A DNA stretch of 64,000 bases from NCBI GenBank assembly GCA_028534125.1, contig CM052816.1, forward strand, positions 59,460,001 through 59,524,000. Direction: 5' to 3'. Of this stretch, positions 1 to 12,330 are shown piece after piece (the stretch's first letter is position 1; each line of letters opens with the position of its first letter). The DNA comes from Lama glama (lineage: Eukaryota). The notes below the pieces were generated by a model. That model did not search any database and was not told the DNA's origin. It saw only the letters and a list, made by a program, of their open reading frames with translations. Both the position numbers and the translations under genes were made by a program.

Positions 1-295
1 GGAAGTCTAACTATGCCAGGACCACTATGCTGGTGGAGGTGCTCTGTTAACTACCCCTGCTGAGCTCCCAAGGGGATACCCCCACTGTGGACCCATAAGA
101 GAGCACATTGGTGCCTTTGATGACCGGAGCCCCAGCCAACATCTGACTGAAGCAGTATGAAAAATCCCCAGCAAGACCTGCCCAGGCTGAGCTCTTCCTG
201 AATTCCCAGCTCACAAGACTGTGACCAAAACAAAATGGTGGTTTTGAGCTCCTGGTTTCAGGGTAATTTGTAATGCAGCAACAGTCAGCAGAACA
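1..295 (+). mobile_element. MaLR LTR, 3' part (MLT1F/G/H-like)
   Basis: Ends in ...ggttttgagctcctggtttcagggtaatttgtaatgcagcaacagtcagcagaaca, the typical MLT1 3' terminus; contains gccccagccaacatctgactg. Confidence 0.7.
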
Positions 296-1959
296 GTATC
301 TTCAACAAAATTATTCTTAATTACCACAGAATCAAAGGTGCCACAGAACCATTTATATTTCAATAAATTTTTCCAGTAAGTATACAGTCTGCGCTCAAGG
401 AGAGAAAGATAACATGGGTAGAAGTGACCTGAAATCCTTGTACACAAATCATGCAGTGTTCTAAAATGCCTTATTTTTTTCAAGTATAGCCCTAAAACTC
501 AGTTTAAGTTTCCTTAAACTAGAAACACATCCATGGGACATTAGATTCTGAAAACCAAAAATTCAATTGGAGAAAAGTGAAATGAAGATGACCCCTTAAA
601 TAATAATGACAGTTGTCCTATTTCATCTTATCAGTGCTCTTCAGGATAAATTATTTTTGTTTTTGTTTGGGGGGGGAAAAGTCACCCTGAGTCTTTATTT
701 ACTCTAACCACAGTGAAACACATTCTGGCCTGGTGATCACAGGAACAATACAGGGAGATAAGAATAGATTCCTGACTCCTATCCGTTTAGCTAAATCATG
801 TGACACATAACCATTCCCTCATTCATTCGTAGATATTTTCAATACTACCAAGGTTTTCGTGCTCTGTATCAACTGGAGTTTAGCACATAATCCATCTTCA
901 AAAAACGACAGCATCATGACTTGGTGGACCTAGAACTCATCTGAGGATGAAGCCTCCAGTCGCTGCAGAAAACCTATTTTAACAGGTGACGATTTAAAGG
1001 CCTACCTGGGAAAGCAGCAAGCAGCTAACTTTGCCTTTTCATTTTGGTTTCTCTATTTGCAAAGTTGTAATTACAGTCCTGACCTACCTTAATGGTCACA
1101 GTGTAGATTGGGGGAGGTTGCACACTGCATGGAAAAGAAAAGAAAAGAAGGGGAAAAAAAAAAAAAGCCTGAGAATTAAAAATACTAAATCAGCTTTGCA
1201 AAGGTGGTAGTTTTCAGAACCAACTAAACTTACTTTTTTTTTTTAAAGAGGTTAATCTTTCAAATTTGCATTCTCCCTTGCCACCTTTGCCTGTGCTGTT
1301 ACTTGTTTTTTGTTATCTGAATTTTAATATTCACTATATAAGCAGAGTAAGCAAATGGGTATGTATGTATGTATGAAAGAGGGGGCAGCAGCAAATAAAG
1401 GTAAAAGTCATTCAAGGTCCTTGTGGATTTGGAACTAATAAATGGAACAAGTGGAGAGACATCTATTTTCACAATTGCACTAACTGCAGGTGGTATGTAA
1501 AATCCCGTATTTAAAAAAATTATGAATAAAGGATTATCTAGATAAACAAGTTCAGTAAGATTTCTTTGAGTGGCTTAATGGCTGTCCCTTCATGTATTTG
1601 GAATACGCTTAAAAATACAAAGTTTGTCCTCTGCAAAACTTTTCAGGGATACTTCAGAATATTTATTATTTATTCTGATGTATATACACATACCTCACAG
1701 AAGAAAAAAAGGCAAGTCTATATGAAACAACATTGGGTCCTAAGCCCATGACCAAAAGACATTTTAAAATATAGTTGTTTTTCTTTGCTAACCCAATTGT
1801 TCCCCCAAGATTTCTTCTTTCCTTCCACATTTGTGAGGTCTCATTCTTGTCAGCTTGGCTCTAAGGCTGCATCCTCTCTGAGACCTTCTGGTCTCACGTG
1901 AGTCCTCCTCTCTCTTCTCCTGGGCTCCCGCTGGACTGCCTTCATTTCTCTGTTCGTAT

Positions 1960-2105
1960 AATTCCCACACAAAGCTGAAATGACCTGCTTACAACTTGTC
2001 TTCTCCACTAGACTGGGAGCTCCATGGAACTAAAGACTGGCTGATTCATTTGTCTTCACATCCACTGTACAGCTCTGTGTGTAGCAGGTGCTCAGAAGAT
2101 GCTCG
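1960..2105 (+). mobile_element. L2 3' end fragment
   Basis: ccactagactgggagctccatgg...gtagcaggtgctcagaagatg resembles the L2 3' tail. Confidence 0.6.
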
Positions 2106-3549
2106 AGGGTCAGTCCTCAGATCTGTTGGCCATCACTCCATTAGCTCTGCATTTCTAACTTGTAATATGTCTTTTCCTCTTAATCTTTGTAATTTTCACT
2201 GGACCCCTTTGAGTTTTGATTCCAAAGTTCTTTAGAGACAGAGCTCCCATCAGCTGGAGGACACTGTAGAAGCTGGGGTGGGGGTGGGGGCGTGTGAGCT
2301 GAGTCAAGGTCTCTCATTTCTGGCTTTGCTCCTCAAATCTACAACCCACCTTTCTGCTCTATTTTCTTTCCCTCTTCTCATTTTCCTTTCAGAGCACATC
2401 TGAAGGTGAGAAAACTTCATCTTACTACTATATTTGTACTTGCCAAATACTATGCTGAATCCAGCTGCGATTCTTAAATTATTCTGGAGAAAGTGGTATA
2501 TGCCTAGTGCAAAATAAATTTCCTTGTAATCTCTAGCTATAAAAAATCCTGTTCTATTTTTTTTTAAAGTATGGTATGGTATAAGTTAAACTCTGCTTTG
2601 AACTTTTTCTGGCATTGAGAAACATCAGGTGAAAATATTCCAAAATGATTATGAGTCCTTCATTTAAGAATATCTAATGGTATGAAGAATGGTAATTAGA
2701 AGTGGAAGAAAAAAAAGCACAGTATAAAGCTAAATAGAATTGGATTCCATTTAAGTGTGTTAAAATTATCTTTTTCTCTTTCTCTTTGTGTGTGTATATA
2801 AAGATTGAAAGGAAACCTACAGAAATACTAACAAGTTCTAATTCAAAGACATGGTACTTACATTTTCTTCTTTACACTTTTTTCCCTACATTTTTCAATG
2901 TACTTTTTTTTTTAATAACCAGAAAAACAAAATCTGGACATATTATTTTAAAAAAGAAATCTGAACAAGTTAAAAACACAGAATAGACTGGGACATTTGA
3001 AAGAACATCTATGTTTTGTATTGTAGCCTGGGTAAAGGAGACAGGCAAAGTGGCTTCTTTATTGTAGTACCTTTTTAATGAATAAAATGTCTAAATGCTC
3101 AAGAGTATAGTGCAATGAGGTCCCCCACACCCCCTTAGCCCAACCCCCTTAACCACACTGCCATCATTCTTTTCCCTAGTTTTCCCTCCCTTTTTTTCAA
3201 AGCAGCCTTTTTCCTCCATTTTTTAAACTAATCAGTGTACAACACTGGGTCAATTTCCAGTGTACAGTAAAATGCTTCAGTCATACATTCAAAGCAGTTT
3301 TTTAAAGGATCCCAGTGATCCTTTAAATTGCTTGGATATATTTTATTTTATGTAGCTTGAGTTTTTCTCTTCTGGGATGGCTTAGAAAGCCTCAAAGCCT
3401 CTGAAGGCCCACGAATGGGAGACAGCATCTTGATTCCACAAGTATGTGCCCTTCAACCCTGCCTAGAGACCAAGCCCATTGAAGTCCCTGAGAGCAAACA
3501 TCTATGAAAAGCCAAGCGATGTGGTATTTACTCAACTTTACTCCTGTCC

Positions 3550-4050
3550 GGTGGGGGCAGAGAACAGACTCCAGTGTCCAGGATAAAGCCGGGCCTCGCT
3601 GGGCCTTGGCAGCTCAAGCCGCCCCATTGTGATTCAAGATTCGGGGTGTAAACACAGGCAGTGTTTAACCATCGCCAGTTTGCTTTGAATGTTTGATAGC
3701 CGTGACTGGGGCTCAGGAAGAACACAGTAGTGACTTCTTTGCTGGAACTGAAGTTGGGGCTTTATGTCGTGTTTGGGCAAGCGGCACGGGCAGCTGCAGG
3801 CCCTCAATGGGCGCTTTCTAGTCGCGGAGTGGGCTCGCTGCGTTGCTGGGAGCCCAAGGTCCAAAGCTGCCCGGGGATGGGTTGGGGGAGGAGGAAGCAG
3901 GACTGCCCCAGCCTGGGCCACCCCGTCTCAGTGACAGGTGCTGAGGAACAGGAGAAGGAGGAGCCCCTCCCCGCCCGCTCCCAAGCCTGGGCTCAGTGTC
4001 TGCCACTAACTGCCGTTTTTATTGCGTTTTTGTTTCAGGAACACAGGACC
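3550..4050. promoter_or_regulatory. CpG-enriched enhancer/promoter-like element
   Basis: Local GC/CpG excess; Forkhead-like TGTAAACA (3647-3654), TCF/LEF-like CTTTGAA (3683-3689), SOX-like CATTGT (3625-3630), GC box ccctccccgccc near 3966. Confidence 0.5.
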
Positions 4051-4348
4051 TTGGCAGGCAGAGATGTACCCTGTGGCTTGGTCTTTCTCTGCTCAGTCAG
4101 GGGCGAGGAAGACAATAACAAAGACCCTGACTTTGCTAAATGACCAAGACTCACTTAGATAACAAGCCAGCGCAGTTGTTGGCAGAGAGCCCTCTGAGAG
4201 ATGCTTGATGCAGTGTGCTGTCCTGGGGCGGGAAGGACTGGGAGGGAAGAGCTCTAAATTCTATTTCGGTACAACCAAAGGAGATCATCCCTTCTTGATG
4301 TGGGTAGATGACCCTATTATTGCCACCGATCATTTACTGAGAACTTCT

Positions 4349-4569
4349 TTTTTAAATTCTTATTTTTTACTGAAGTGTAGTTGATTTACAACATTAGTTT
4401 CATGTGCACAGCAAAGTGATTCAGTTATACAGATACATACATATATACGTTTTTTTAGATTCTTTTCCATTACAGCTCATTACAACAAATTGGATAGAAT
4501 TCCCTGTGCCACATAGTAGGTCCTTGTTTATGTGTTTTATATACAGTGGTGTGTGCCTGTTAATCCCAG
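4349..4569 (-). mobile_element. 5'-truncated L1 3' end (cetartiodactyl-type) with TSD
   Basis: Poly-T then tagttgatttacaacattagtttca...gtgattcagttatac...ttccctgtgc; TSD actgagaacttct (4336-4348) / actgagaacctct (4570-4582). Confidence 0.85.
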
Positions 4570-4772
4570 ACTGAGAACCTCTATGTGCTGGGAACTGAAC
4601 TAGGTACTTCATGTTCATTTTGTTACCACAATCCCATAAGGTTTTGTAGTTATTTCCCCTTTTTTTAACAAAGGGAAAAACTGAGTTTCAGAAAGGTTAA
4701 GTAATTTTCTCAGTACTGCTACACAACTTGTAAATGGTACAGCCAGAAATCGAGCCTCGGTATGACTATAAA
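4570..4772 (-). mobile_element. MIR SINE (interrupted by the L1 at 4349-4569)
   Basis: Core gaaaaactgagtttcagaaaggttaagtaattttctc; the other end (catttactgag) lies left of the L1. Confidence 0.75.
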
Positions 4773-5080
4773 ATAACATTTACTCTTTTTTGGGGAAACA
4801 CATAGCTTATACCTCATAAATTTTCAATTCAATTCTGGCTGTGGCCTAGAAAAGGCGAGTTGGCCCTGGGAGTACAGAGTATGTCAATCATTTATATACA
4901 CTACAATATCCACCCTTCTCATCACAGAGATGAGGTAGAACCATTAGGCAGAATGGCAGAAGGATTTCTTCTCAGTCCTTTGAGAATTGGAACCTCCCCT
5001 CCCCCTCCACCCGGTCTGGACTTGTTAAGCCTGTTATAAAGAAAAAATTTAATGCCATTGTTATTTTAAATAACTGCTCC

Positions 5081-5700
5081 TTAATTTTTTAATTGAAAAA
5101 TAGACTTCAGTTTTTAGAATAGCTTAAGATTTACAGAAGAAATTGAGAAGATAGTAGAGATTTCCTCTCTATCCTACAGTTCCCACTGTTATTAACATCT
5201 AATAATGCAATTTGTTATAATTAATGAACTAATATTGACACATTACGAACTAAAATCCACAGTTTATTCAGATTTCCTTGATTTTTACCTAAAGTCCTTT
5301 TCCCACATCAGGATCCCATCTAGGACACCACATTACATTTGGTGGTCATGTCTCCTTAGGCTCCTCTTGGCTGTGACAGTTTCTCAGGCTTCTGTTGATT
5401 TTGATGACCTTGATAGTTTCAAGGTATACTAGCGATTTTCTAAGAGGTAAGAGAACACCCCTCTTTGAAGATATGTCTGATGTTTTCCTCGTGATTAGAT
5501 TAAGGTGATGGGTTTTTGGGTAGAGGACCTCATATGGAACATGCCATTTTCATCACACCATTATCTTTAAAGGTATTATCAGCTTGACCTGTGACCTTGA
5601 TTACCTGGCTGAGGTGGTGTTTGTCAGATACTGGAAAGTTACCTTTCCCCCCACTTCTGTACTGTGTTCTTTCAAAGCCACTATGCATAGCCCACGCCTC
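5081..5700 (-). mobile_element. Old L1 3' end (L1MC-type)
   Basis: tttattcagatttccttg...caggatcccatctaggacaccacattacatttgg...catgtctccttaggctcctcttggctgtgacagtttctcag matches the L1MC 3' UTR antisense. Confidence 0.8.
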
Positions 5701-6311
5701 TCCGAATTGTAACACCATTTGTTTGGCTGTCGGCAGTATTTATAAAAGAAAAGAAAATACAAACCACCGTAAAATAAGCTCAACTCAGATGTAAGCACAA
5801 TCCTTCTCTTTCCAAATATTCAATTAAAAAAAGTTTTTAGAGAAAGCCACCCTATGGTGAGGGAAACAAACAAGCAAACAAACAAAAACAGGCAGACAGA
5901 GAGCAAACCAGAGAGCTGGAGTATGCCAAGGTTACTAATAACTCCCATTCCTAGTCCCAGTCCTTCTCAGTCTAAACTACGGTTATCCAAACATTCAATT
6001 TTAGTTACCTCCATCTGGACTTAGGAGAACACCATTTCTTTAAACACTTACATCTTGTTTAAATGTTTTACAGTGTATTTTCGTAAATTAAAGATCTTTG
6101 AAACAATTACAAATTATGTTAGGAATATAACTAAAAATTGTCTGATAGTCAACTTACTTTAGTGGAAAGGAAACTGAACAAAGTTAGCAATATGCCTTTG
6201 ACCTTGAACTGTTATTTGACTAGCAATCTGAGTTGCAAGCTTTTTTAACATGTTATCAAGGTCCCAGATTACTTAGGTATATCTAGCCTCTAAGTCACAT
6301 TTACCTGCTTT

Positions 6312-6329
6312 TGTGTGTGTGTGTGTGTG
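6312..6329. repeat. (TG)9 microsatellite
   Basis: Seen directly. Confidence 0.95.
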
Positions 6330-7265
6330 AGTAGGAAGATTCAGAGGGCAGAGTTCAATCTTCTCCAAAAGAATTTGCCCATAAATCTATATAAAGAGCT
6401 GGCAGGAAGGATGGATTAAGCGAATTCACCCCAGAAAAGAAAAGAAATGACAATTCTCAATGAAAATACAGTGAGTAATATTTTAAAGAAAGTTTTTAAA
6501 TAGACATACTTGCTTGACTTCTTTTATTCAATGTGCAGAAGACACCAAATACATATTCTCTGGTGGTGAAGGTGGTGGGCAAAGGGATCATATTCATAAA
6601 CCTATGACTGAAGCACATGCCAGTGGCAACGAAAGGTAATGATGTAGCCTAATGCATACTACAGCTTCCATACGCATTTGAAAAACCAGTGACATATGTA
6701 TGTGTGAAAATGTGTTATCTATTCAGTCTATAGCTAGTGCTTGTTGCATAAGGCCTTGTAATAACCCCTGGGACCCTTTATCAGGAAGGCATGCACTCCT
6801 GCTGCTGCTCCTCCACCCCACCCCTAAGCCCACGCCTGTCACTAGGTTCCTGACCTAGCTGTTCTCTTTCAGTAGATGAGCTGTTTCACTTGGACTTCCA
6901 GTTCTCATGCATCCACGTCCTCTTCACATCTCCAGTAAACTTTATGAGCAGGGGGTGCAGAGGGAACTTCATGTCGGCTGATGGACTGACCTGGCTGGAA
7001 TTCTGGTGCTCTTCCAGAGTCCAAGTAACTCTTGGGCACACTGGTCAATGGCTCCACCCTCAACTCTTTGGAAGGCGTACCAAACCCAAGAGCAGTAAGA
7101 ACAGGCAGCAATGAGTGTCTGAGTCTTGGGGCCTTGAGTCTGTACCTGCCAGACACTGCAGAGCCACCTCAAAGAAAAGAAGGGTGTGAGCTCTGGGTTC
7201 AGGCTCATTCTTGAGGCCACCTGTGGGTCACTCACTTATTCTAACTTCTTAGATATAATGCCTGC

Positions 7266-7291
7266 TTTTTTTTTTTTTTTTTTTTTTTTTT
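7266..7291. repeat. poly(T)26 tract
   Basis: Seen directly. Confidence 0.95.
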
Positions 7292-8051
7292 GTCCTCAGT
7301 AAAGGCCCTGCTTCTTGGTGGAGCTGCCCTCACTCCCACTCTCTGATTCCCTTGACAGCAATTCTGATTTTCTACTTTAGCTGGGCTGTCTCAGGAAGTC
7401 CTGGAAAAAAATCCAACACTTCTGCCCCATCTGTTCATCTGGTTAGCTCCCTCTCGGCCTGGAGGGTGGAACCTGGATTCGTAAGAAGGACATGGGTTTC
7501 CTCCCTTTCTTCTCTCCGACCTCATACCAACAAAACTAAACCAAAAGGCAAACCTGTCCCACTCCTGACTGATGCCCAAACCCTAACATTAGAAATTCTT
7601 TGGCTGGGGCTTTAACCTGTCATAAAACTGCAAAATGCCTCTAAAAGCAGGGGTTACTAGTTAAGCCTTATCAGTAAGTCATCAAAAAATGAGCTTATCA
7701 GATCCTTTCCTGGTGGCAGGTTTCAAAAGTGAGAGGATAGAAAAGAGGGTAACCCTGAACCTCCCTCCTCCTACTTCTCCAACAGTTTAGAAAAGCAAAA
7801 AGAGAGAACTAAAGGTTACATGGATGAAGACTAAAATTAGGAGTCTTGTCCTATTGTCTCTCTTGCCTCACAGCACAGCAATCAAAAGTTCTTTTCTAGA
7901 GCAGATATGGGCAGATGACTGAAAGCCTGTAATTTAGTTCACACTGAAGGTAACCAGAGTGTAACAAACAGAGATTCTCGAGACGGGGCCAGGATGGGAA
8001 AAGAATCAGTGCCACTGAGACCACGAGTTGTGAGCTGGTCAACAGTAGGAA

Positions 8052-8240
8052 ACACATAGCATTCACTATGTTCTTGACACTGTTTTATGTGATTTATAGC
8101 CAAGAGAGAAGTGTTGTTCTTTTGCCCCATTTCACCTATGAGGAAATAACTTGCTTAACCCACTCAGTAAGTGGCAGGGCCAAGCACTGAACCCATGCAT
8201 GGTGGTTCCAGAATTCAAACTCTTAAATAGCACTATGCTA
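8052..8240 (-). mobile_element. MIR fragment
   Basis: ccccatttcacctatgaggaaataacttgc...cagtaagtggcagggccaagcactgaaccca. Confidence 0.6.
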
Positions 8241-8269
8241 TAGACCAGAGAGGTGGAGCTAAAAAAAAG

Positions 8270-8423
8270 TGCACTCTGGTTCTAGTTCAAGCATTGCCTC
8301 TAGCTGTGTGACTTTAGGGTAGGTCATTTTAGCTCTCAGGACTCAGTCGCATCAATCATAAAAGGAAAAGATCAGAGTAGATGACACAAGGTTCTCTTAC
8401 TGCTCCAACATTCCGTAATTCTA
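8270..8423 (+). mobile_element. MIR3-like fragment
   Basis: ctagctgtgtgactttagggtaggtcatttt core and a tagatgacacaaggttctcttactgctccaacattccgtaattcta tail. Confidence 0.6.
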
Positions 8424-8643
8424 CATGGAACACATGTGGCCATGATACTTGACAGCCTATGCAACTAATAGAGTGAAGCTGAAGGTAAATCTTGTCCCCT
8501 TAATTCCACCCCTAGGACTTTACGTGCCCAAAGCTGCTTTTATATCTTCCTTTCCTTATCCTCACTGATAATTAATGGTGACGATAACAGAATTGATAGG
8601 AGAAGGTGCTTTTGGGATCTGCCAAAGGGGAGGAGGAAGGAAA

Positions 8644-8843
8644 GGGCTCTGAAGCCAGATGGAAGACCTGCCTGACACTTAGCCATGTGATGTTGGCCAA
8701 ATTAGTTATCTTCTCTGACCTGTAGCTTCTACATTCGCAGTGTTAAGCATAGCTACTCAAAAGGTTTTTGTGAAGATTCAGTAAGATATGTAAAGAACCA
8801 TGGCCAGTACTTGGCACACAGTAGGGGCTCAGTAAGTTTTACT
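8644..8843 (+). mobile_element. MIR
   Basis: gggctctgaagccaga...tagccatgtgatgttggccaaattagtt...tggcacacagtaggggctcagtaa. Confidence 0.7.
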
Positions 8844-9299
8844 TTTTCTATCATTTTTCCTTCCTAACAGGTGACATGCAGAAGACAGAGTTGTAATGGC
8901 AACAAGGATGCCATGTGACCTCATATCCTCCTCTATTGTCCCAAATTTCTGTGCTTGTAAGACAGCTTTTGATCTAGGTGAAAGAGAGTTACATTCCTTT
9001 TTGTAGATACTGCTTGAGGTATTTGCCTAGCTCATACAATTCTCTCTTCTTTGAGAATGACTGTGATACAAAGATTATTTCAGATATAACTAACAGAAAA
9101 CATAACTTATAAAGGTTTAAGTAATAAAAGAAATTTACTGTCTATATATGTCTGTTAAGTCTATCTGGCCCAACAGAATGTAAGCTTCTGATGAGGCTTC
9201 CTCCAGCAGCTGAGTGCATGGTGGCTCAACGCTCCCCATGTAAAAATACCTTCTTAACGTTTAGGACTCAGACTGTTACAACATCATGTCTAGTGCATT

Positions 9300-10945
9300 A
9301 TGTCAATTAAAAAGAGTCACAGAAAAAAAGAGTCTACAGAGAGAGAGTTGCAGAATGGATTAAAAAAGAAAAAGACCCATATATATGCTGCCTAAAAGAG
9401 ACCCACTTCAGATGTAAGAGTGTACACACAGACTGAAAGTAAAGGGGTGGAAAAAGATACTTCATGCAAATAGGAACCAAAAGAAAACTGGGGGAGTTGT
9501 ATCAGACAAAGCAGACTTTTAGACAAAGACTGTAATAAGAGACAAAGAAGCCATTATAAAGGGGTCAATCCAACAAGAGGATATAATATTTGTTAACATG
9601 CATGCACCCAACATAGGGGTTCCAAAATATATAAAGCAAATATGAACAGACCTAAAGAGAGAAACAGATAGCAATACAGTAATAGTTGGGGACTTCAATA
9701 CCTGACTTTTGTTAATGGATACATCACCCACACAGAAATTCAGTAAGGAAATGCTGACCTTAAATGACATGTTAGATCTAATAGACATATACAGAACATT
9801 CCATCCCCAAAAAACAGAATATACATTCTTCTCAAGTACACACAAAATGTACTTCAAAATAGATCATATGTTAGTGCACAAACAAATCTTAATAAATTTA
9901 ATGAGACTGAAATCATATCAAGCATATTTTCTAACCACAATAAGAAACTAGAAGTCAATTAAAAGAAGAAAACTAGAAAATTCACAATTATGTAGAGATT
10001 AAACAACATGCTAGTGAACAACCAAATAGGCTAATAAAGAAATCAAAAGAGAAATCATAAAATATATTGAGACGAATGAAAATGGAAATACAACATATAA
10101 AACTTATGGTATGCAATAAGAGCCATTCTAAGAGGAAAGTTCATAGTGATAAATGTTTACATGAAGAAACAAGAAAGATCTCAAATAAATGATCTAACCT
10201 TACACCTCAAGAGCTAGAAAAAGAAAAACAAAGCCCAAAGTTAGAAGGAAGGAAATAACAAAGATCAGAATGAAAGTAAGTGAAATAGAGACTAAAAAGG
10301 CAACAGAAAAAAAAAGAGCTGTTTTTTGATAAGATAAACAAAATAGATAAGTCTTTAGCTAGATTTACCAAGAAAAACAGAGAAGGCTCAAAATCATAAA
10401 TGAAAAAGGAGACATTACAACTGATACCACAGTAATACAAAGGATTGTAAGACTATTATGAATAATTAATCAAAAAATTGGACAACCTAGAATAATGGGC
10501 AAATTGCTAAAAACACACAGCTTACTTACCAAAAGTGAATCATGAAGAAATAGAAAACTTGAACATATTGATTATTAGTAAGAAAACTAAATCAGTAATC
10601 AAAAACCTCCCAATAACAACAAAAAAATTCAGGACCAGAAGGCTTCTGGTGAATTCTACCAAACATTTAAACAAAAACGGACACTAATCCTTTTCAAACA
10701 CTTCCAAAAAACAGAAGAGAAAGGAACACTTCCAAACTCATTTTACAATGCCAGTATTACTCTAATACCGAAACTAGAGAAGGACGTCAGAAGAAAAAAT
10801 TAAAGTCCAATATTCTTGATAAAATATAAATGTAAAAATCTTCAACAAAATATTAGTAAATTGAATCCAACAATACATTAAAAGGATCATATATCATGAT
10901 CAAGTAGGATTTATTCCAGCAATGCAAAGACGGTTCAACATCTAC
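9300..10945 (+). mobile_element. L1 ORF2 fragment (endonuclease to start of RT), decayed
   Basis: ORF 9709-9951 gives LDLIDIYRTFHPQKTEYTFFSSTH...KIDH (L1 endonuclease). Later come ggaccagaaggcttctggtgaattctaccaaacattt (GPDGF/EFYQTF region) and catgatcaagtaggatttattcc (HDQVGFIP). Frameshifts and stops throughout. Confidence 0.95.
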
Positions 10946-11077
10946 ATTATGTTGAGGTGTGCTTCCTCTGTATCTACTTTGATGAGAGTTTCTATCATAA
11001 ATGGATGTTGATTTTGTCAAAAGTTTTTCTGCATCTATTGAGATGATCATGTGATTTTTGTCTTTCAACTTGTTAAT
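10946..11077 (-). mobile_element. Inverted L1 ORF2 RT segment
   Basis: Minus-strand ORF begins KDKNHMIISIDAEK, the segment that normally follows the plus-strand piece. Confidence 0.9.
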
Positions 11078-11411
11078 TAATAAATAAACAGTAAATGCTG
11101 CATTTTACAGTACCATATAGGCAATTATAGACAAGGATTCAACATACGCAGTTTATTTCAGAAAATGTTCTTCAAATGCCCACTGGGTACTTGGCACCAT
11201 ATGAATGTCAAGTTCCTCCAAGACAGCATCTCTCATTCACTTAGTTTTCCTGTGTGCCTTATAAAACACTGGGTTTTCAAACATTACTGATGCAGACATA
11301 GTTAATTGGGGTTATGGTATTCAAGATGAGAGCTGATGGGAAAATGAATATAAGAGGTAAGTTCCAAAACTTATTTTGAGGGATAGGTTTATGATGCTGC
11401 CCTTACAGAAC

Positions 11412-11501
11412 TTTTTTTAAAAAATTGTGGTAATGGGGGTTGAACTCAGGAACCCGTGCATGCTAAGTATGCACTCTACCACTGAGCTATACCTACCTCC
11501 C
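11412..11501 (-). mobile_element. tRNA-derived SINE (camelid vic-1 type)
   Basis: Reverse complement ...ggtatagctcagtggtagagtgcatacttagcatgcacgggttcctgagttcaaccccc (A and B boxes) plus A-rich tail; short gaactt repeat on both flanks. Confidence 0.85.
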
Positions 11502-12249
11502 TGGAACTTCTGAGTAATGCCGGTCATGACCGTAACTTTGGGCAATTCATTTAATCTTTCTGAGCAGCAATTTCCTCACTAATAAAGAGGTAGAATACAT
11601 TATAAAACTTGCCACCATAAGATTCTATGTCATCTACAAGTTTCACACATTCTTTCCATCGCTACTATCTCTATAATGAGATGGCCACACTGTGACTTGC
11701 AGGCTCCAGAAATGAAAAGGTCACCATAGTTCTCACATTAAACACACTGACTGCATTATTTTCTCCCCATAAGTCAAAAAGAGCATCTGAGAATCTCCAA
11801 GAGACAAGAAAAAAAAAAAAAACTCGTATTTTCAAAAATCTCTTGATATTGTAACTAAATGTTTTTTTTTAAAAGGGTAAACAGCCTTTTTACTCAGAAA
11901 AAGTTCAGGCATTATTACATAACTGGAAGAATCCCAGTCGAAAAGGCTTGACATTTGACTATCTGAGCAGCAACCAGAGCATGCACTCAAAATGAAAAGA
12001 AAATGACACAATGCTTAAACTATGCTTTAAAGTCCTCCCTGCCACCCATCTTTTTTGGGGGGGTGAGGGTGCGGAGGAGCTTGGATGATGTAAGAAAGAG
12101 TATCTCAAGGGTGATGAAGACATTAAAAGTGAGCAATATTCAGCAGCTTCTAGTTGACTGGCCTGTTTTAATCCAGGATAATAAAAGGCATTGCTAACTA
12201 ATGCTGGTCCGCCCTGCAAAATGGAACAACATTCAGAGAAAAAGACTTC

Positions 12250-12330
12250 CCATCCATTTAGCAAATATTTATTGAGCTCCACTCATGTGCTTGGTACTGT
12301 TCTAAATGATAAGGGTACAGCTGTGAACCT
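12250..12330 (-). mobile_element. L2 3' end fragment
   Basis: catttagcaaatatttattgagctccactcatgtgcttggtactgttcta. Confidence 0.6.

Noticed and set aside
3730..4143. 137-aa ORF across the CpG-rich block
   Set aside because: GTG start; stop-codon scarcity is explained by GC content; no domain recognised.
6850..7240. GC-richer block with overlapping ORFs on both strands, near a poly(T) tract
   Set aside because: Considered as an exon or processed pseudogene, but no frame resembles a protein I recognise and no TSD is evident. A BLASTX search would settle it.
11412..11501. tRNA-like sequences (also 32207, 38021, 48700)
   Set aside because: A-rich tails, TSDs and degenerate stems identify them as SINE copies, not tRNA genes.
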